Source of the DNA: Planctomycetaceae bacterium | GTDB taxonomy: Bacteria; Planctomycetota; Planctomycetia; Pirellulales; Pirellulaceae | Reading direction: 5' to 3' | NCBI GenBank assembly: GCA_002717145.1 | Contig: PBCP01000084.1 | Location: 21,604-85,603, forward strand | DNA length: 64,000 bases | Part shown: positions 1 through 9,896 of the stretch, one piece after another | How positions within the stretch are numbered: position 1 is the stretch's first letter | Layout: every line of letters starts with the position of its first letter | Program-made: the position numbers and the translations under genes | The notes under the pieces: model-generated | Database searches by the model: none | Seen by the model: the letters and a program-made list of their open reading frames with translations, nothing else | What the model was told of the DNA's origin: nothing

Positions 1-944
1 ATAGCCGAGGTTCGGATCCCGCGTTTCTCGTTGTAGGGGTTGCGGACGATAAACGGCACGTTTAGACCACCTTCATAGGTCGTTGTTTTGCCTCCGGCGA
101 AGGCCATGCCGTGATCAGATGTAAACACGATTAGCGTCTTGTCGTACAAACCCGATTCTTTGAGAATTTCTACCAGGCGAGCTACGCCTTGATCTATCCG
201 TGAAACGCTTTGATAGTATTGTGCAAGCTCTTCGCGGGTTTCCGGCGTATCGGTTAGGAAGTGGGGGATTGGTACGTCTGCAGGATCGTAAAATATCTCG
301 TTTACGCCGTCCCACGATTTTCGATTTGGCTTATTGCCGAACAAGTCAGCCTTGAGTTCGAGTTTTGATGTTTGGTCCTTTCCACCGCCGCGATGAGGAT
401 CACTGGTGGCAAAATAGAGGAAGAATGGCCGGTCGTCCTCTTGGTTAGCGATGAATTCACGGCAGTTGTCCGCCATTTGCACGGCATTTCGAGTAGGGCC
501 CTTGAGGTAGGTTTCATAACGGAATACCTCTTCCGGACCGACATGATATTTACCAATGTGAGCGGTTCGATAGCCTGCCCGCGTCATAACGCGGGGCATG
601 GCTAGAGAAATTGCGGCTGGGAAGGATGTGAACTTGTGGTAATGGTGCTGGTGGCCGAATTGACCGTTAGCGTGGTTATGTAGTCCACTCATGACAACAC
701 TGCGACTGGCGCTACAGCTGGCGGTCGTAGCAAAGGCGTGGGTGAAAAGTGTGCCATCTGCCGCTAGAGCATCAATGGCCGGTGTCACTGCTATCTTGTC
801 TCCATAGCAACCAAGTGTTGGGCTTTCGTCGTCGGTAATGAAGAAGATGACGTTCTTTTCCGCAGCGATAATGCTGTTGCCTGTGGTGAAAGGACCGGAA
901 ATGCTGAGTAACAAGAGTAGTAGCGACGTGTAAGGTAAACGCAC
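1..944 (-). CDS. Cys-type sulfatase (N-sulfoglucosamine sulfohydrolase-like), C-terminus cut by window edge
   Basis: Absent from the ORF track because its stop lies left of position 1. My reverse-strand translation starts at GTG 942-944 with GGAGG 6 nt upstream. It gives VRLPYTSLLLLLLSISG (signal peptide), NVIFFITDDESPTLGCYG, TASCSASRSVVMSGLHNH (FGly box) and TSDHGMAFAGGKTTTYEGGLNVPFIVRNP, which runs to position 1. Confidence 0.85.
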   Translation of the reverse strand, partial: MRLPYTSLLLLLLSISGPFTTGNSIIAAEKNVIFFITDDESPTLGCYGDKIAVTPAIDALAADGTLFTHAFATTASCSASRSVVMSGLHNHANGQFGHQHHYHKFTSFPAAISLAMPRVMTRAGYRTAHIGKYHVGPEEVFRYETYLKGPTRNAVQMADNCREFIANQEDDRPFFLYFATSDPHRGGGKDQTSKLELKADLFGNKPNRKSWDGVNEIFYDPADVPIPHFLTDTPETREELAQYYQSVSRIDQGVARLVEILKESGLYDKTLIVFTSDHGMAFAGGKTTTYEGGLNVPFIVRNPYNEKRGIRTSA

Positions 945-1106
945 TATTGACCTCCTTATGACTATGTATGTTTGCAGTGACTTGTTGAATGATTCAGTAG
1001 ATTATACTGTAAGGCCAGCTGAATTCCGTTGCCACCTGTTTTCCGGAGGATGGGCGGTAATGAAGCGTCTCTAACGAACAAGCAGTCAGGAAAGAAAAAA
1101 AACGTT

Positions 1107-1526
1107 ATGGTTACGATTCTCGAAAATGACCAGATGCCGTTTGTCGATGTCCCTCGCATTTCGACACGGGTCCTGAGTGGAGCATCCACTGGGGCGGCCG
1201 AGACAACTGTGTGGGAACAGTGGATCGAACCTGACGGCTTTATACCGATGCACTATCACGATACGGAAGAGGTGCTTGTTATACTTGAAGGTGACGTGAT
1301 TATCGAGCTGGAAGAAGGAAAAACGACTGTTTGCGGTCCGGCCAGTATTCTGGTTGCACCAAATGAGCTGCATGGCCTACACCCCCAATCCGGTGCACGC
1401 GTTCATCTACTCGGGATCTTTCCAACCGGTAATCCACGTATATGGGACGCGACTGGAAGTCCACGCCCTCTACCTACTGCAGATATTCAAACCACGTGTA
1501 ACCCTTTTGAAGGTAACCATGAATAA
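1107..1526 (+). CDS. Cupin-domain protein
   Basis: ORF 1029-1526 carries the cupin motifs GFIPMHYHDTEEVLVILEG and APNELHGLH. I placed the start at the first ATG (1107), because the longer frame needs a TTG. The stop overlaps the next gene start (ATGAATAA, 1519-1526). Confidence 0.75.
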   Translation: MVTILENDQMPFVDVPRISTRVLSGASTGAAETTVWEQWIEPDGFIPMHYHDTEEVLVILEGDVIIELEEGKTTVCGPASILVAPNELHGLHPQSGARVHLLGIFPTGNPRIWDATGSPRPLPTADIQTTCNPFEGNHE

Positions 1527-3009
1527 GATTGACTTTTCGATGAGCGTAAAAACTTATAGTTGCATTGGCCTATTGTTGACGTTCTCGATGCTATTGGTAA
1601 AACCGTTGCATGGAGATCAGCCAAATGTGGTGTTTATATTGGTGGACGACCTTGGGTTTATGGATATTGGTGCCAATAATCCCAAGACGTTTTATGAAAC
1701 ACCGCATGTTGATGAATTGGCTGCGTCCGGAGTAAGGTTTACTAACGGTTACGCCGCGAATCCCGTATGCAGTCCTACTCGCTACAGTATCATGACAGGC
1801 AAATATCCATCACGGACGAATGCCACCAATTTCTTTTCGGGGGCCAGGAGTGGAAGGTTTCGCCCGGCGATTCTATACGATCGCATGGACGTCGAGGAGG
1901 TAACGATTGCCGAGTGTTTTAAAGATGCCGGATATAGGACTGCATTTTTTGGTAAGTGGCACTTAGGCCCGACGGAAGAGTATTGGCCTGAGAATCAGGG
2001 GTTCGATATTAACGTTGGTGGCTTTAGTCGGGGTGCTCCACCCGGGGGGTACTTCGCCCCCTACAAAAACCCTCGCCTTTCGGATGGTCCCGAGGGAGAA
2101 CACTTAACGGAGCGTTTGACGAACGAGGTTTTGAAAACGTTGGATGAAGTGAAGGAAGATCCGTTTTTTCTCTATTTATCGTATTACACCGTCCACACTC
2201 CGCTTCAGGCCCCAAATGAGCTCGTCGAAAAGTATCGCGCCAAAGCGAAGCGTCTCGGCTTGGATGAAGGCGAAGACTTTGCTCCGGAGGAACAGGTTTT
2301 GCCAGGGGGCAATCCGAGGCGTGTTCGAGTCGTGCAGGATCATGCCGTCTATGCTGCGATGGTCGAAACCATGGACTTAAGTGTGGGTAGGATCTTGGCA
2401 AAGTTGGACGCACTAGGTCTAAGAGAGAATACAATCATTTGCTTTACGGGTGACAATGGCGGCCTGTCAACCAGTGAAGGGTCGCCAACCTCAAATCTTC
2501 CGCTACGGGGGGGTAAAGGCTGGCTATACGAAGGAGGGATACGTGAGCCATTCATTATAAGTCATCCACGTAGTATTCCCTCTCGTGTAGATGCGACGGC
2601 CGTCTGCAGTGTAGATTTTTATGAAACACTGTTGGATCTGGCAGAGATCAAAACCAAGAAACGTGTGGTTACCGATGGGGTGAGTCTAGCTGGATTGCTC
2701 CAAAATGAGAAAAAGATTAAGCCGCGAGATTTGTACTGGCATTATCCGCACTATAGTAACCAGGGCGGATTTCCTGGTGGAGTTATTCGCAGGGGAAATT
2801 ACAAATTGGTCGAGCGTTTCGAGGACGGACGGTTGCATCTCTATGATTTATCAACGGATGTCGGAGAACAACATGATATTAAGATGCAACATCCGAAACT
2901 CGTCCTGGACATGAAACAGTCACTTCATAAATGGTATGAAGATGTCGATGCTCAATTTCTACGCGCCAAGCCCGACGGGGAAGATCCCTGGCGACCTGGC
3001 GATAACTAA
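1519..3009 (+). CDS. Cys-type sulfatase
   Basis: ORF 1354-3009 trimmed to ATG 1519. MNKIDFSMSVKTYSCIGLLLTFSMLLVKPLHG is a signal peptide, followed by PNVVFILVDDLGFMD. Also present: FGly box PVCSPTRYSIMTG, GKWHLG, FTGDNGG and LRGGKGWLYEGGIREP. Confidence 0.92.
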   Translation: MNKIDFSMSVKTYSCIGLLLTFSMLLVKPLHGDQPNVVFILVDDLGFMDIGANNPKTFYETPHVDELAASGVRFTNGYAANPVCSPTRYSIMTGKYPSRTNATNFFSGARSGRFRPAILYDRMDVEEVTIAECFKDAGYRTAFFGKWHLGPTEEYWPENQGFDINVGGFSRGAPPGGYFAPYKNPRLSDGPEGEHLTERLTNEVLKTLDEVKEDPFFLYLSYYTVHTPLQAPNELVEKYRAKAKRLGLDEGEDFAPEEQVLPGGNPRRVRVVQDHAVYAAMVETMDLSVGRILAKLDALGLRENTIICFTGDNGGLSTSEGSPTSNLPLRGGKGWLYEGGIREPFIISHPRSIPSRVDATAVCSVDFYETLLDLAEIKTKKRVVTDGVSLAGLLQNEKKIKPRDLYWHYPHYSNQGGFPGGVIRRGNYKLVERFEDGRLHLYDLSTDVGEQHDIKMQHPKLVLDMKQSLHKWYEDVDAQFLRAKPDGEDPWRPGDN

Positions 3010-3302
3010 GTTCAGTGTTAATTGGGTTGTTGAAAGCGTAAAATGACGAAATGCCGCATAGGCATTCATATTCCAATAATGTTGTTGCTAGTGATGAGTG
3101 TTGTCGGCTCTGGGCAGCGTATTTGGTTTAGTCCATGAAATGGCCTGCTGAGACTTCTCGGTTGTTAGGAATTATTGATGCCGAGTCTGATGATTCGGTG
3201 CATGGCCGCAAATGGCAGATGAATGCTGGGGCCTCAACGGTGGCGATCGCCAAGGAATTCGTCCAAAATACCCATTGTTACTGTGGAAAGTATAGCTGCA
3301 TT

Positions 3303-5471
3303 ATGAAGAAGCTACTGATTATTATACACCTCATGGCGTTGTCGTTTTTAACCAACGGATTACGCGCAGAGCGACCGAATATCGTTCTCATCATGTCGGA
3401 CGATATGGGGTATTCCGATATCAGTTGTTACGGTGGCGAAATTGATACTCCCAATTTGGATAGTCTGGCTCATGGTGGGTTGCAGTTTACGCAGTTTTAT
3501 AACACCGGAAGATGCTGCCCTACGCGTGCCTCACTATTGACCGGGCTATACCCGCATCAGGCTGGAGTTGGTTGGATGATGAGCGACAGTGGTCACGATG
3601 GTTATCGTGGAGATCTCAACCAGAATTGTCGGACCATTGCGGAAGTACTACGACCTGCCGGGTACAGTACTTATATGTCGGGCAAATGGCACGTAACAAA
3701 ACAGGAAAGTGCAACGGGGGAACAGTATAACTGGCCACTGCAGCGGGGCTTCGACAGGTTTTACGGAACGATCTCAGGCGCGGGAAGTTTTTGGGATCCC
3801 TGGTCACTCGTTCGACAAAACACACCAATCTCCAGCTCTGCCGATCCCGAATATGACCCGGATGTATACTACTATACCCATGCAATTTCTGATCAAGCCG
3901 TTCGGTTTATTGAAGAGCATCATGTGGATGCGGCAGATAAACCGTTCTTTCTTTACGTTGCTTACACAGCCGCGCATTGGCCGATGCACGCATTGCCGGA
4001 AGATATAGACAAATATCGAGGTCGTTTTGATAAAGGGTATCAGCGGCTGCGTGAGGAACGATTCGAACGGATGCGAAAACTGGGACTCGTTGGTAAGCAC
4101 TGGGAGTTGTCAAAGCCAGCTGAGGACTGGTCTCAGGTTAAAAATCGTGAGTGGGAACTGCGCAATATGGAAGTGTATGCAGCCATGGTTGACAGCATGG
4201 ATCAGGGAATTGGATCGATTATTGGCGCATTGAAGGCGGCCGACATGTTCGAGAATACGTTAATTCTGTATTTGCAGGATAATGGGGGATGTGCGGAAGG
4301 GCTCGGGCGAAGCCCGCGTGGCGGGGTGACTACACGACCGAGCATGGCCACGTTGCCTCAGATGGCTGCAACGGATCTCCAGACAAAAATGATTCCTGAT
4401 CAGACACGCGATGGCTATCCAACGGTGATGGGGCCGGGCATCATGCCGGGGCCGGATGGGACTTATATCGCTTACGGACGTGGTTGGGCCAACGTTTCCA
4501 ATACACCATTTCGAGAATACAAACATTGGGTACACGAAGGAGGTATTTCGACTCCCCTTATAGCTCATTGGCCTGAAGGTATAAAACGGCAGGGTAAATT
4601 TGAGCGCCAACCCGGTCATCTGATAGATGTGATGGCTACGTGCGTAGACCTGGCACAGGCAGAATATCCTGAAAAAATCGGTGACAATGTTATTAAACCA
4701 TTGGAAGGTAGGTCTCTGAACGTTGCCTTTCAAGGGAAAAATATCGAGCGGGAAGCATTGTTTTGGGAGCATGAAGGTAACCGTGCGGTAAGAGAAGGAG
4801 ATTGGAAACTGGTGGCCAAGGGAGTCAACGGCGCATGGGAGTTGTACGATATTGGGAAGGACAGGACCGAACAGCACAACCTTATAGAACAAGAACCAGA
4901 GATCGCGACTCGGCTTGAAAAGAAATTTGAGGCATACGCTCGGCGGGCCAATGTTTATCCACTCGTTCCTTATAGAAACCGGCCCCCAAAACTTAGCAAC
5001 CGACGTCTGTTTGATCTTAAACACGGCGACGTGTTGGCGCAAAAGGATGCTCCAAACATCGTAGGCAAGTCGTTCGAGCTTGAAGCCGAATTGTCGTCCG
5101 AGTTGACTCAGGGAGTGATTGTCGCTCAGGGTGGGACTTCACATGGCTGGAGCTTATTCCTCAACGAAAATATGATTAGGGTGTCAGCCCGGATAGGCGG
5201 AAAGCTAGTTGTTATTAAAAGCGACAAGAAACTTCCGTCGAGTAATGGTAATAAGACAGTAGGCTTTTCGTATTCAAAGGATGGTCAGATTAGTGTTAAA
5301 TCTGGGGAGACGGTGCTGCTAGAGGGCAATCTTGGTGGTTCGATGGTGGAAGTGCCGCTAGATCCATTAGAAGTAGGTAAGGACACTAACGGTATTGTAG
5401 GCCCATATCCATCCGGGTGGGACGCCAACGGTGAAGTTATTAAGGTGCGTTTAGAGATCGGGAATAAATAG
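3303..5471 (+). CDS. Arylsulfatase with extra C-terminal beta-sandwich-like domain
   Basis: ORF 3135-5471 trimmed to ATG 3303. MKKLLIIIHLMALSFLTNGLRA is a signal peptide, followed by RPNIVLIMSDDMGYSD. Also present: FGly box GRCCPTRASLLTGLYPHQAG, GKWHV, LQDNGG and YKHWVHEGGISTP. About 165 residues extend beyond the usual sulfatase end. Confidence 0.92.
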   Translation: MKKLLIIIHLMALSFLTNGLRAERPNIVLIMSDDMGYSDISCYGGEIDTPNLDSLAHGGLQFTQFYNTGRCCPTRASLLTGLYPHQAGVGWMMSDSGHDGYRGDLNQNCRTIAEVLRPAGYSTYMSGKWHVTKQESATGEQYNWPLQRGFDRFYGTISGAGSFWDPWSLVRQNTPISSSADPEYDPDVYYYTHAISDQAVRFIEEHHVDAADKPFFLYVAYTAAHWPMHALPEDIDKYRGRFDKGYQRLREERFERMRKLGLVGKHWELSKPAEDWSQVKNREWELRNMEVYAAMVDSMDQGIGSIIGALKAADMFENTLILYLQDNGGCAEGLGRSPRGGVTTRPSMATLPQMAATDLQTKMIPDQTRDGYPTVMGPGIMPGPDGTYIAYGRGWANVSNTPFREYKHWVHEGGISTPLIAHWPEGIKRQGKFERQPGHLIDVMATCVDLAQAEYPEKIGDNVIKPLEGRSLNVAFQGKNIEREALFWEHEGNRAVREGDWKLVAKGVNGAWELYDIGKDRTEQHNLIEQEPEIATRLEKKFEAYARRANVYPLVPYRNRPPKLSNRRLFDLKHGDVLAQKDAPNIVGKSFELEAELSSELTQGVIVAQGGTSHGWSLFLNENMIRVSARIGGKLVVIKSDKKLPSSNGNKTVGFSYSKDGQISVKSGETVLLEGNLGGSMVEVPLDPLEVGKDTNGIVGPYPSGWDANGEVIKVRLEIGNK

Positions 5472-5474
5472 CTA

Positions 5475-6890
5475 ATGATGTTTCGTAATTGGTACCAGCT
5501 ACTGACTGTTGCGGTTTGTATGTTCGCTGGTAACGTATTGAGTGCTTCCGGTAATCCACCCAACATTGTGTTATTTTTTGTGGACGATCTTGGTTGGTCT
5601 GATCTTGGTTATTCTGGGAGTTCGTTCTATGAGAGTCCCAACGTTGATCGGCTAGCAATGGAAGGTGTTGTCTTTACGAACGCTTATGCCTGTGCTCCCA
5701 ATTGCGCTCCTAGCCGAGCATGTCTAATGAGTGGAATGTATACGCCCAGGCATGGAGTCTATACGGTTGGAAACTCCACGCGTGGTAAAAGTGTGGATCG
5801 CAAACTCATCCCCGTTGATAATAAGACCGTGTTGGCTTCGGAGATTAACACGCTACCAGAACAGCTGCGCCGTCTCGGGTATAGAACCGGGCATTTTGGA
5901 AAATGGCACCTTGGCGACGACCCGACGACGCAGGGAATGGATATTAACATTGCCGGTAAAATCTGGGGCTCACCCAGTGGTGGTGGATATCATAGCCCTT
6001 TCAACTTCCCCAATCTCAAAGAAGAGAAAGCAGGCGTCTATCTCACGGACAGAATAAGTGAGAAGGCCGTGGAGTTTATTCACGACAACCAAAACCGACC
6101 CTTTTTTCTTTACCTGGCTCATTATTCCGTTCATACCCCTATTCAACCCAAACAGCAATACAAAGCGTATTTTGAGAATCGTAAACCAGACCGCGGACAT
6201 AACAATGCAGGATATGCTGCGATGGTTCGAAGTATGGATGATTCGCTAGGTCGCGTTCGAACGGCATTGAAGGATCTGAAGCTGGACCAAAATACGGTCA
6301 TTATCTTTACGTCTGATAATGGAGGTCACGGAGGTGTCACCAGCAACCGGCCTCTACGCGGCAGTAAGGGCATGTTGTATGAAGGTGGTATTCGTGTTCC
6401 CTTCATTGCCCATTGGCAAGGTGAATTCGGGAAGCCACGTCAGGAAGACGTTCCTGTAATCGGTGTGGACCTGTTACCGACGTTACTTGAACTAGCAGGT
6501 GGCAAGCCATCAAAAAAACAACAAGTCGATGGTGAATCTATCGTTGGTGTGTTGACCCATGAAAACCAGGAACTTGAGGATCGAGCAATTTACTGGCATT
6601 TCCCTGCGTATTTAGAACGATATAGGGGGTTACCGGAAGAGGGCCCGTTCCGTACGACTCCTGCAACGGCGATCAGGTCGGGCAAATGGAAGTTGATCCG
6701 GTTTTATGAATCCGGTCGTGAAGAACTATACGACCTAGACGAAGATATATCGGAATCTGAAAATTTGTCGGCGGCATATCCCGACGTGGTTAAAAAACTA
6801 AGTGTTCAACTTGACCGTTGGTTAGCTGACACGAATGCGTTTATTCCTAGCATGCTAAATCCTGATTATGCCGGAGTTGAAAGTGATTAG
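5475..6890 (+). CDS. Cys-type sulfatase
   Basis: Signal peptide MMFRNWYQLLTVAVCMFAGNVLSA, then PNIVLFFVDDLGWSD, NCAPSRACLMSGMY, GKWHLG, FTSDNGG and LRGSKGMLYEGGIRVP. It starts 3 nt after the previous stop. Confidence 0.93.
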   Translation: MMFRNWYQLLTVAVCMFAGNVLSASGNPPNIVLFFVDDLGWSDLGYSGSSFYESPNVDRLAMEGVVFTNAYACAPNCAPSRACLMSGMYTPRHGVYTVGNSTRGKSVDRKLIPVDNKTVLASEINTLPEQLRRLGYRTGHFGKWHLGDDPTTQGMDINIAGKIWGSPSGGGYHSPFNFPNLKEEKAGVYLTDRISEKAVEFIHDNQNRPFFLYLAHYSVHTPIQPKQQYKAYFENRKPDRGHNNAGYAAMVRSMDDSLGRVRTALKDLKLDQNTVIIFTSDNGGHGGVTSNRPLRGSKGMLYEGGIRVPFIAHWQGEFGKPRQEDVPVIGVDLLPTLLELAGGKPSKKQQVDGESIVGVLTHENQELEDRAIYWHFPAYLERYRGLPEEGPFRTTPATAIRSGKWKLIRFYESGREELYDLDEDISESENLSAAYPDVVKKLSVQLDRWLADTNAFIPSMLNPDYAGVESD

Positions 6891-8235
6891 ATTCGTGAGA
6901 ATAATGTGCCTCGCCTATGTGTACCTGATTTTCACGGCGGATGCATCTGCCGATCGCCCGAATGTCATTTTGGTTATGGCCGATGACCTGGGGTACGGTG
7001 ACATTGGTTGTTATGACGGCTGGATCAAGACTCCCCATATCGATTCGATTGCCAGGAATGGGGTTCGTTTTACCGACTATCATTCTAACGGTAATGTATG
7101 CAGCCCCACTCGGGCGGCTTTAATGACGGGGCTATATCAACAAAAGGTGGGGATCCCTTTTGTTGTCGTTGCGGCGGAAAATAATGTAAATCATTTTGCT
7201 GGAATACAGCCTAGCGAGACGACGTTGGCGGAAGTGATGAAGTCTGGTGGTTATGCGACTGGAATTTTTGGGAAATGGCATCTAGGTTACTACCCCCGGT
7301 ACAACCCTGTGAGACATGGGTTTGATGAATTCGTAGGATACGTAAGTGGTAACGTAGACTTCTTCTCTCACATCGATCAGGCAGGTAATCTGGACTGGTG
7401 GCGAGCTACCCAATTGAAAAACGAGGATGGCTACTCAACCCACTTGATCACGGCCCATGCGACAGCGTTTATTGATAGGCATGCAAACAAAAAGCCCTTT
7501 TTTCTGTACGTACCCCACGAGGCACCCCACTACCCCTACCAGGGACCAGCAGATAAAGCCGACAGGACAGTGGGGGGGGAATTTGAAAACCACGGCAGTC
7601 GAGTCGATAAGAAACAGGCGTATCGGGAAATGGTCGTCGAGATGGACAAAGGAGTGGGCGAAATTCTTAAAGCATTGCAGCGGAATAAGATCGAGGACAA
7701 CACTATCGTGATCTTTTGTTCTGATAACGGCGCTACATCTCTAGGTAGTAACGGTCAACTACGAGGTACGAAGGGTACGAATTTTGAAGGTGGGCACCGA
7801 GTTCCGTGTGTGGTGCAGTGGCCCGCGAAGTTTCCAAAGAACAAAACGAATCCTCAATTGATGTTATCGATGGACTGGATGGCCACCATTCTGGGGATAA
7901 CAGGGCTTCGTGAGAAATGCAGTAGGCAACTCGACGGGCACGACTTGACGGAATATATCCTTGAAACGCGAAGGCCGGGAGAGCGTACGGTCATGTGGGG
8001 AGACTCGACGCTTCGTAGTGGTAAATGGAAATTGATGTTGCCTCAAAAGCAACATGACGAACTTGGTTTGTACGACCTTAGTCAAGACATTTCCGAGTCG
8101 AAGAATCTGGCAGCAAAATATCCCGCGGTCGTTGAATTGTTGGTCGCGGATCTAAAAGAGCTTAGTGACGACGCCGAAATGCGAGCCACGAGACAACCTG
8201 TCGAGGCACCTGACACACCTAACTCTGCTAAATAG
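6868..8235 (+). CDS. Cys-type sulfatase
   Basis: RPNVILVMADDLGYGD, NVCSPTRAALMTGLY, GKWHLG, FCSDNGA and LRGTKGTNFEGGHRVP. The start is uncertain: ATG 6868 overlaps the previous gene by 23 nt, and GTG 6883 or ATG 6904 are alternatives. Confidence 0.9.
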   Translation: MPELKVIRFVRIMCLAYVYLIFTADASADRPNVILVMADDLGYGDIGCYDGWIKTPHIDSIARNGVRFTDYHSNGNVCSPTRAALMTGLYQQKVGIPFVVVAAENNVNHFAGIQPSETTLAEVMKSGGYATGIFGKWHLGYYPRYNPVRHGFDEFVGYVSGNVDFFSHIDQAGNLDWWRATQLKNEDGYSTHLITAHATAFIDRHANKKPFFLYVPHEAPHYPYQGPADKADRTVGGEFENHGSRVDKKQAYREMVVEMDKGVGEILKALQRNKIEDNTIVIFCSDNGATSLGSNGQLRGTKGTNFEGGHRVPCVVQWPAKFPKNKTNPQLMLSMDWMATILGITGLREKCSRQLDGHDLTEYILETRRPGERTVMWGDSTLRSGKWKLMLPQKQHDELGLYDLSQDISESKNLAAKYPAVVELLVADLKELSDDAEMRATRQPVEAPDTPNSAK

Positions 8236-8249
8236 AGGACTGAAAATCT

Positions 8250-9896
8250 ATGACACGTTTTAAAACGTTACTCGGAATAACATTAGTTCTGTTGGTTGGC
8301 CAATTTGCCTGGGGGGAGTTGCGTGTTAAGTCGACTCAACAGCAAAACGATGATGCGGCCAAAAAGGTTGAACGTAAGTTTCGTCAGTACAAGCGGGTAC
8401 ATCAGGAAATCTTGAAGCTTATCGTAGCCGGTAATGAAGATCAGGCATTAAAGGAACTGGACACGATTATACGCGTTGTACCCCGGGACGGAGAATCTCA
8501 TTACATGCGAGCCGTGTGTAACGCGCGACTCTCGCTGGTCGAAAAAGCGATCGCTGATGTGAAGCGAGCTCTGGAGCTCGGTATTGAACCGTCACGGTTT
8601 CGCGGAGGAACAAAAACTGGACTCGAATCGCTTCGTGGTAACGAAACATTTGAAGCCCTGTTTCGTGATATCGGTTCGGGAATTGTCCATGGTCCGATGG
8701 TAGGGAGGAATACTGGCGATAGCCTGTCATTTTGGGTGCGGACGGTGCAGGAAACAGAAGTTCGAGTCCGGTGCTGGGAAAAAGGGAAGCCAAGACTGGT
8801 TGCTAATGGGATATCCAAAAGTCTGGAAGAAACGGACTATACGGCGGTCGTAACAGTGGATGGCCTGAAACCGAATACGCAGTATCATTATTCGATTCAG
8901 CTTGATTGCGCTCCTGATCATCGTGACGTGTACCAAGTGAAAACTCTGGCTACACAGGGGGAATCAGTGAAGTTTGACGTTGCATTCGGCGGGGGAGCCG
9001 GCTACGTTCCTCAGCATGAATACATGTGGAATACCATTCATGACACCAAGCCGGATGTGTTGATGTTGTTGGGTGACAACGTTTATAGTGATGCCCCCGA
9101 GATTCCTGAGATGCAGCATTATTGCTACTATAGACGACAATCCAGGCCTGAATTTCGTCAGTTGATTTCCAATGTCAGTGTGTATTCTATTTGGGACGAC
9201 CACGATTTTGGGGTGAATGACTGTCAGGGTGGACCGGCTATCAAATCGCCATACTGGAAACGTCCTGTCTGGAACGTCTTCAAGAATAACTGGGTCAATC
9301 CTGCTTACGGTGGTGGCTCGGAGCAGCCTGGAGTGTGGTTTGATTATTACATCGGTGATGTTCACTTCATTATGACAGATGGCAGGATTTACAGGGATCT
9401 GAGACCCGAAGGCGGTGGCCGTCCGACGATGCTCGGTCCCGTTCAGCGGGAATGGTTAAAAAAGACGATCGCAGAGTCCGAAGGAACCTTTACCGTCCTC
9501 GTTTCACCAGTGCCGTGGGTGTTCGGCGCCAAAGGTGACAGTAAGGATACATGGAATGGGTTTAAGCAAGAGCGGCACGAAATTTTCGATGTTATCAAAG
9601 ATGCGAAAAAGGATGGTGTGCTGTTGATGTCCGCCGATCGGCACCGAAGCGATTTGTGGAAAATCGAGCACGAAGGCGTCTATGCGCTTTATGAATTCAA
9701 TAGTTCCAGACTTACGAATCAGCATGTACACCCTGAGCTTCCAGCTGCTGAATTTTCGTACAACAAAAAACAGTCGTTCGGTTATGTGAAGTTCGATACC
9801 ACTCTGAAAGATCCTGAAGTTGAATACTCAGTAATCAACATAGAAGGCAAAGTTATCCATTCAAGAAAGTTGAAACGAAGTGAAATCAGTTATTAG
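8250..9896 (+). CDS. PhoD-like metallophosphatase with N-terminal helical (TPR-like) region
   Basis: Signal peptide MTRFKTLLGITLVLLVGQFAWG. PhoD/metallophosphoesterase blocks: LMLLGDNVYSD, IWDDHDFGVNDC, FIMTDGRIYRD and LLMSADRHRSD. Confidence 0.85.
   Translation: MTRFKTLLGITLVLLVGQFAWGELRVKSTQQQNDDAAKKVERKFRQYKRVHQEILKLIVAGNEDQALKELDTIIRVVPRDGESHYMRAVCNARLSLVEKAIADVKRALELGIEPSRFRGGTKTGLESLRGNETFEALFRDIGSGIVHGPMVGRNTGDSLSFWVRTVQETEVRVRCWEKGKPRLVANGISKSLEETDYTAVVTVDGLKPNTQYHYSIQLDCAPDHRDVYQVKTLATQGESVKFDVAFGGGAGYVPQHEYMWNTIHDTKPDVLMLLGDNVYSDAPEIPEMQHYCYYRRQSRPEFRQLISNVSVYSIWDDHDFGVNDCQGGPAIKSPYWKRPVWNVFKNNWVNPAYGGGSEQPGVWFDYYIGDVHFIMTDGRIYRDLRPEGGGRPTMLGPVQREWLKKTIAESEGTFTVLVSPVPWVFGAKGDSKDTWNGFKQERHEIFDVIKDAKKDGVLLMSADRHRSDLWKIEHEGVYALYEFNSSRLTNQHVHPELPAAEFSYNKKQSFGYVKFDTTLKDPEVEYSVINIEGKVIHSRKLKRSEISY

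Noticed and set aside
1354-1518. The ORF-track N-terminal extension of the second sulfatase (55 extra residues overlapping the cupin gene). Similar extensions occur at 1029-1106 and 3135-3302.
   Set aside because: The extensions lack signal-peptide character and overlap or crowd upstream genes. Clean signal peptides followed by the conserved sulfatase N-terminus begin at the internal ATGs (1519, 3303). The cupin extension is reachable only through a TTG.
4260-5042. A 260-aa antisense ORF inside the arylsulfatase gene.
   Set aside because: It lies fully within a CDS that has strong family motifs on the other strand. The antisense translation is low-complexity and carries no recognisable motif, so it is a typical shadow ORF.
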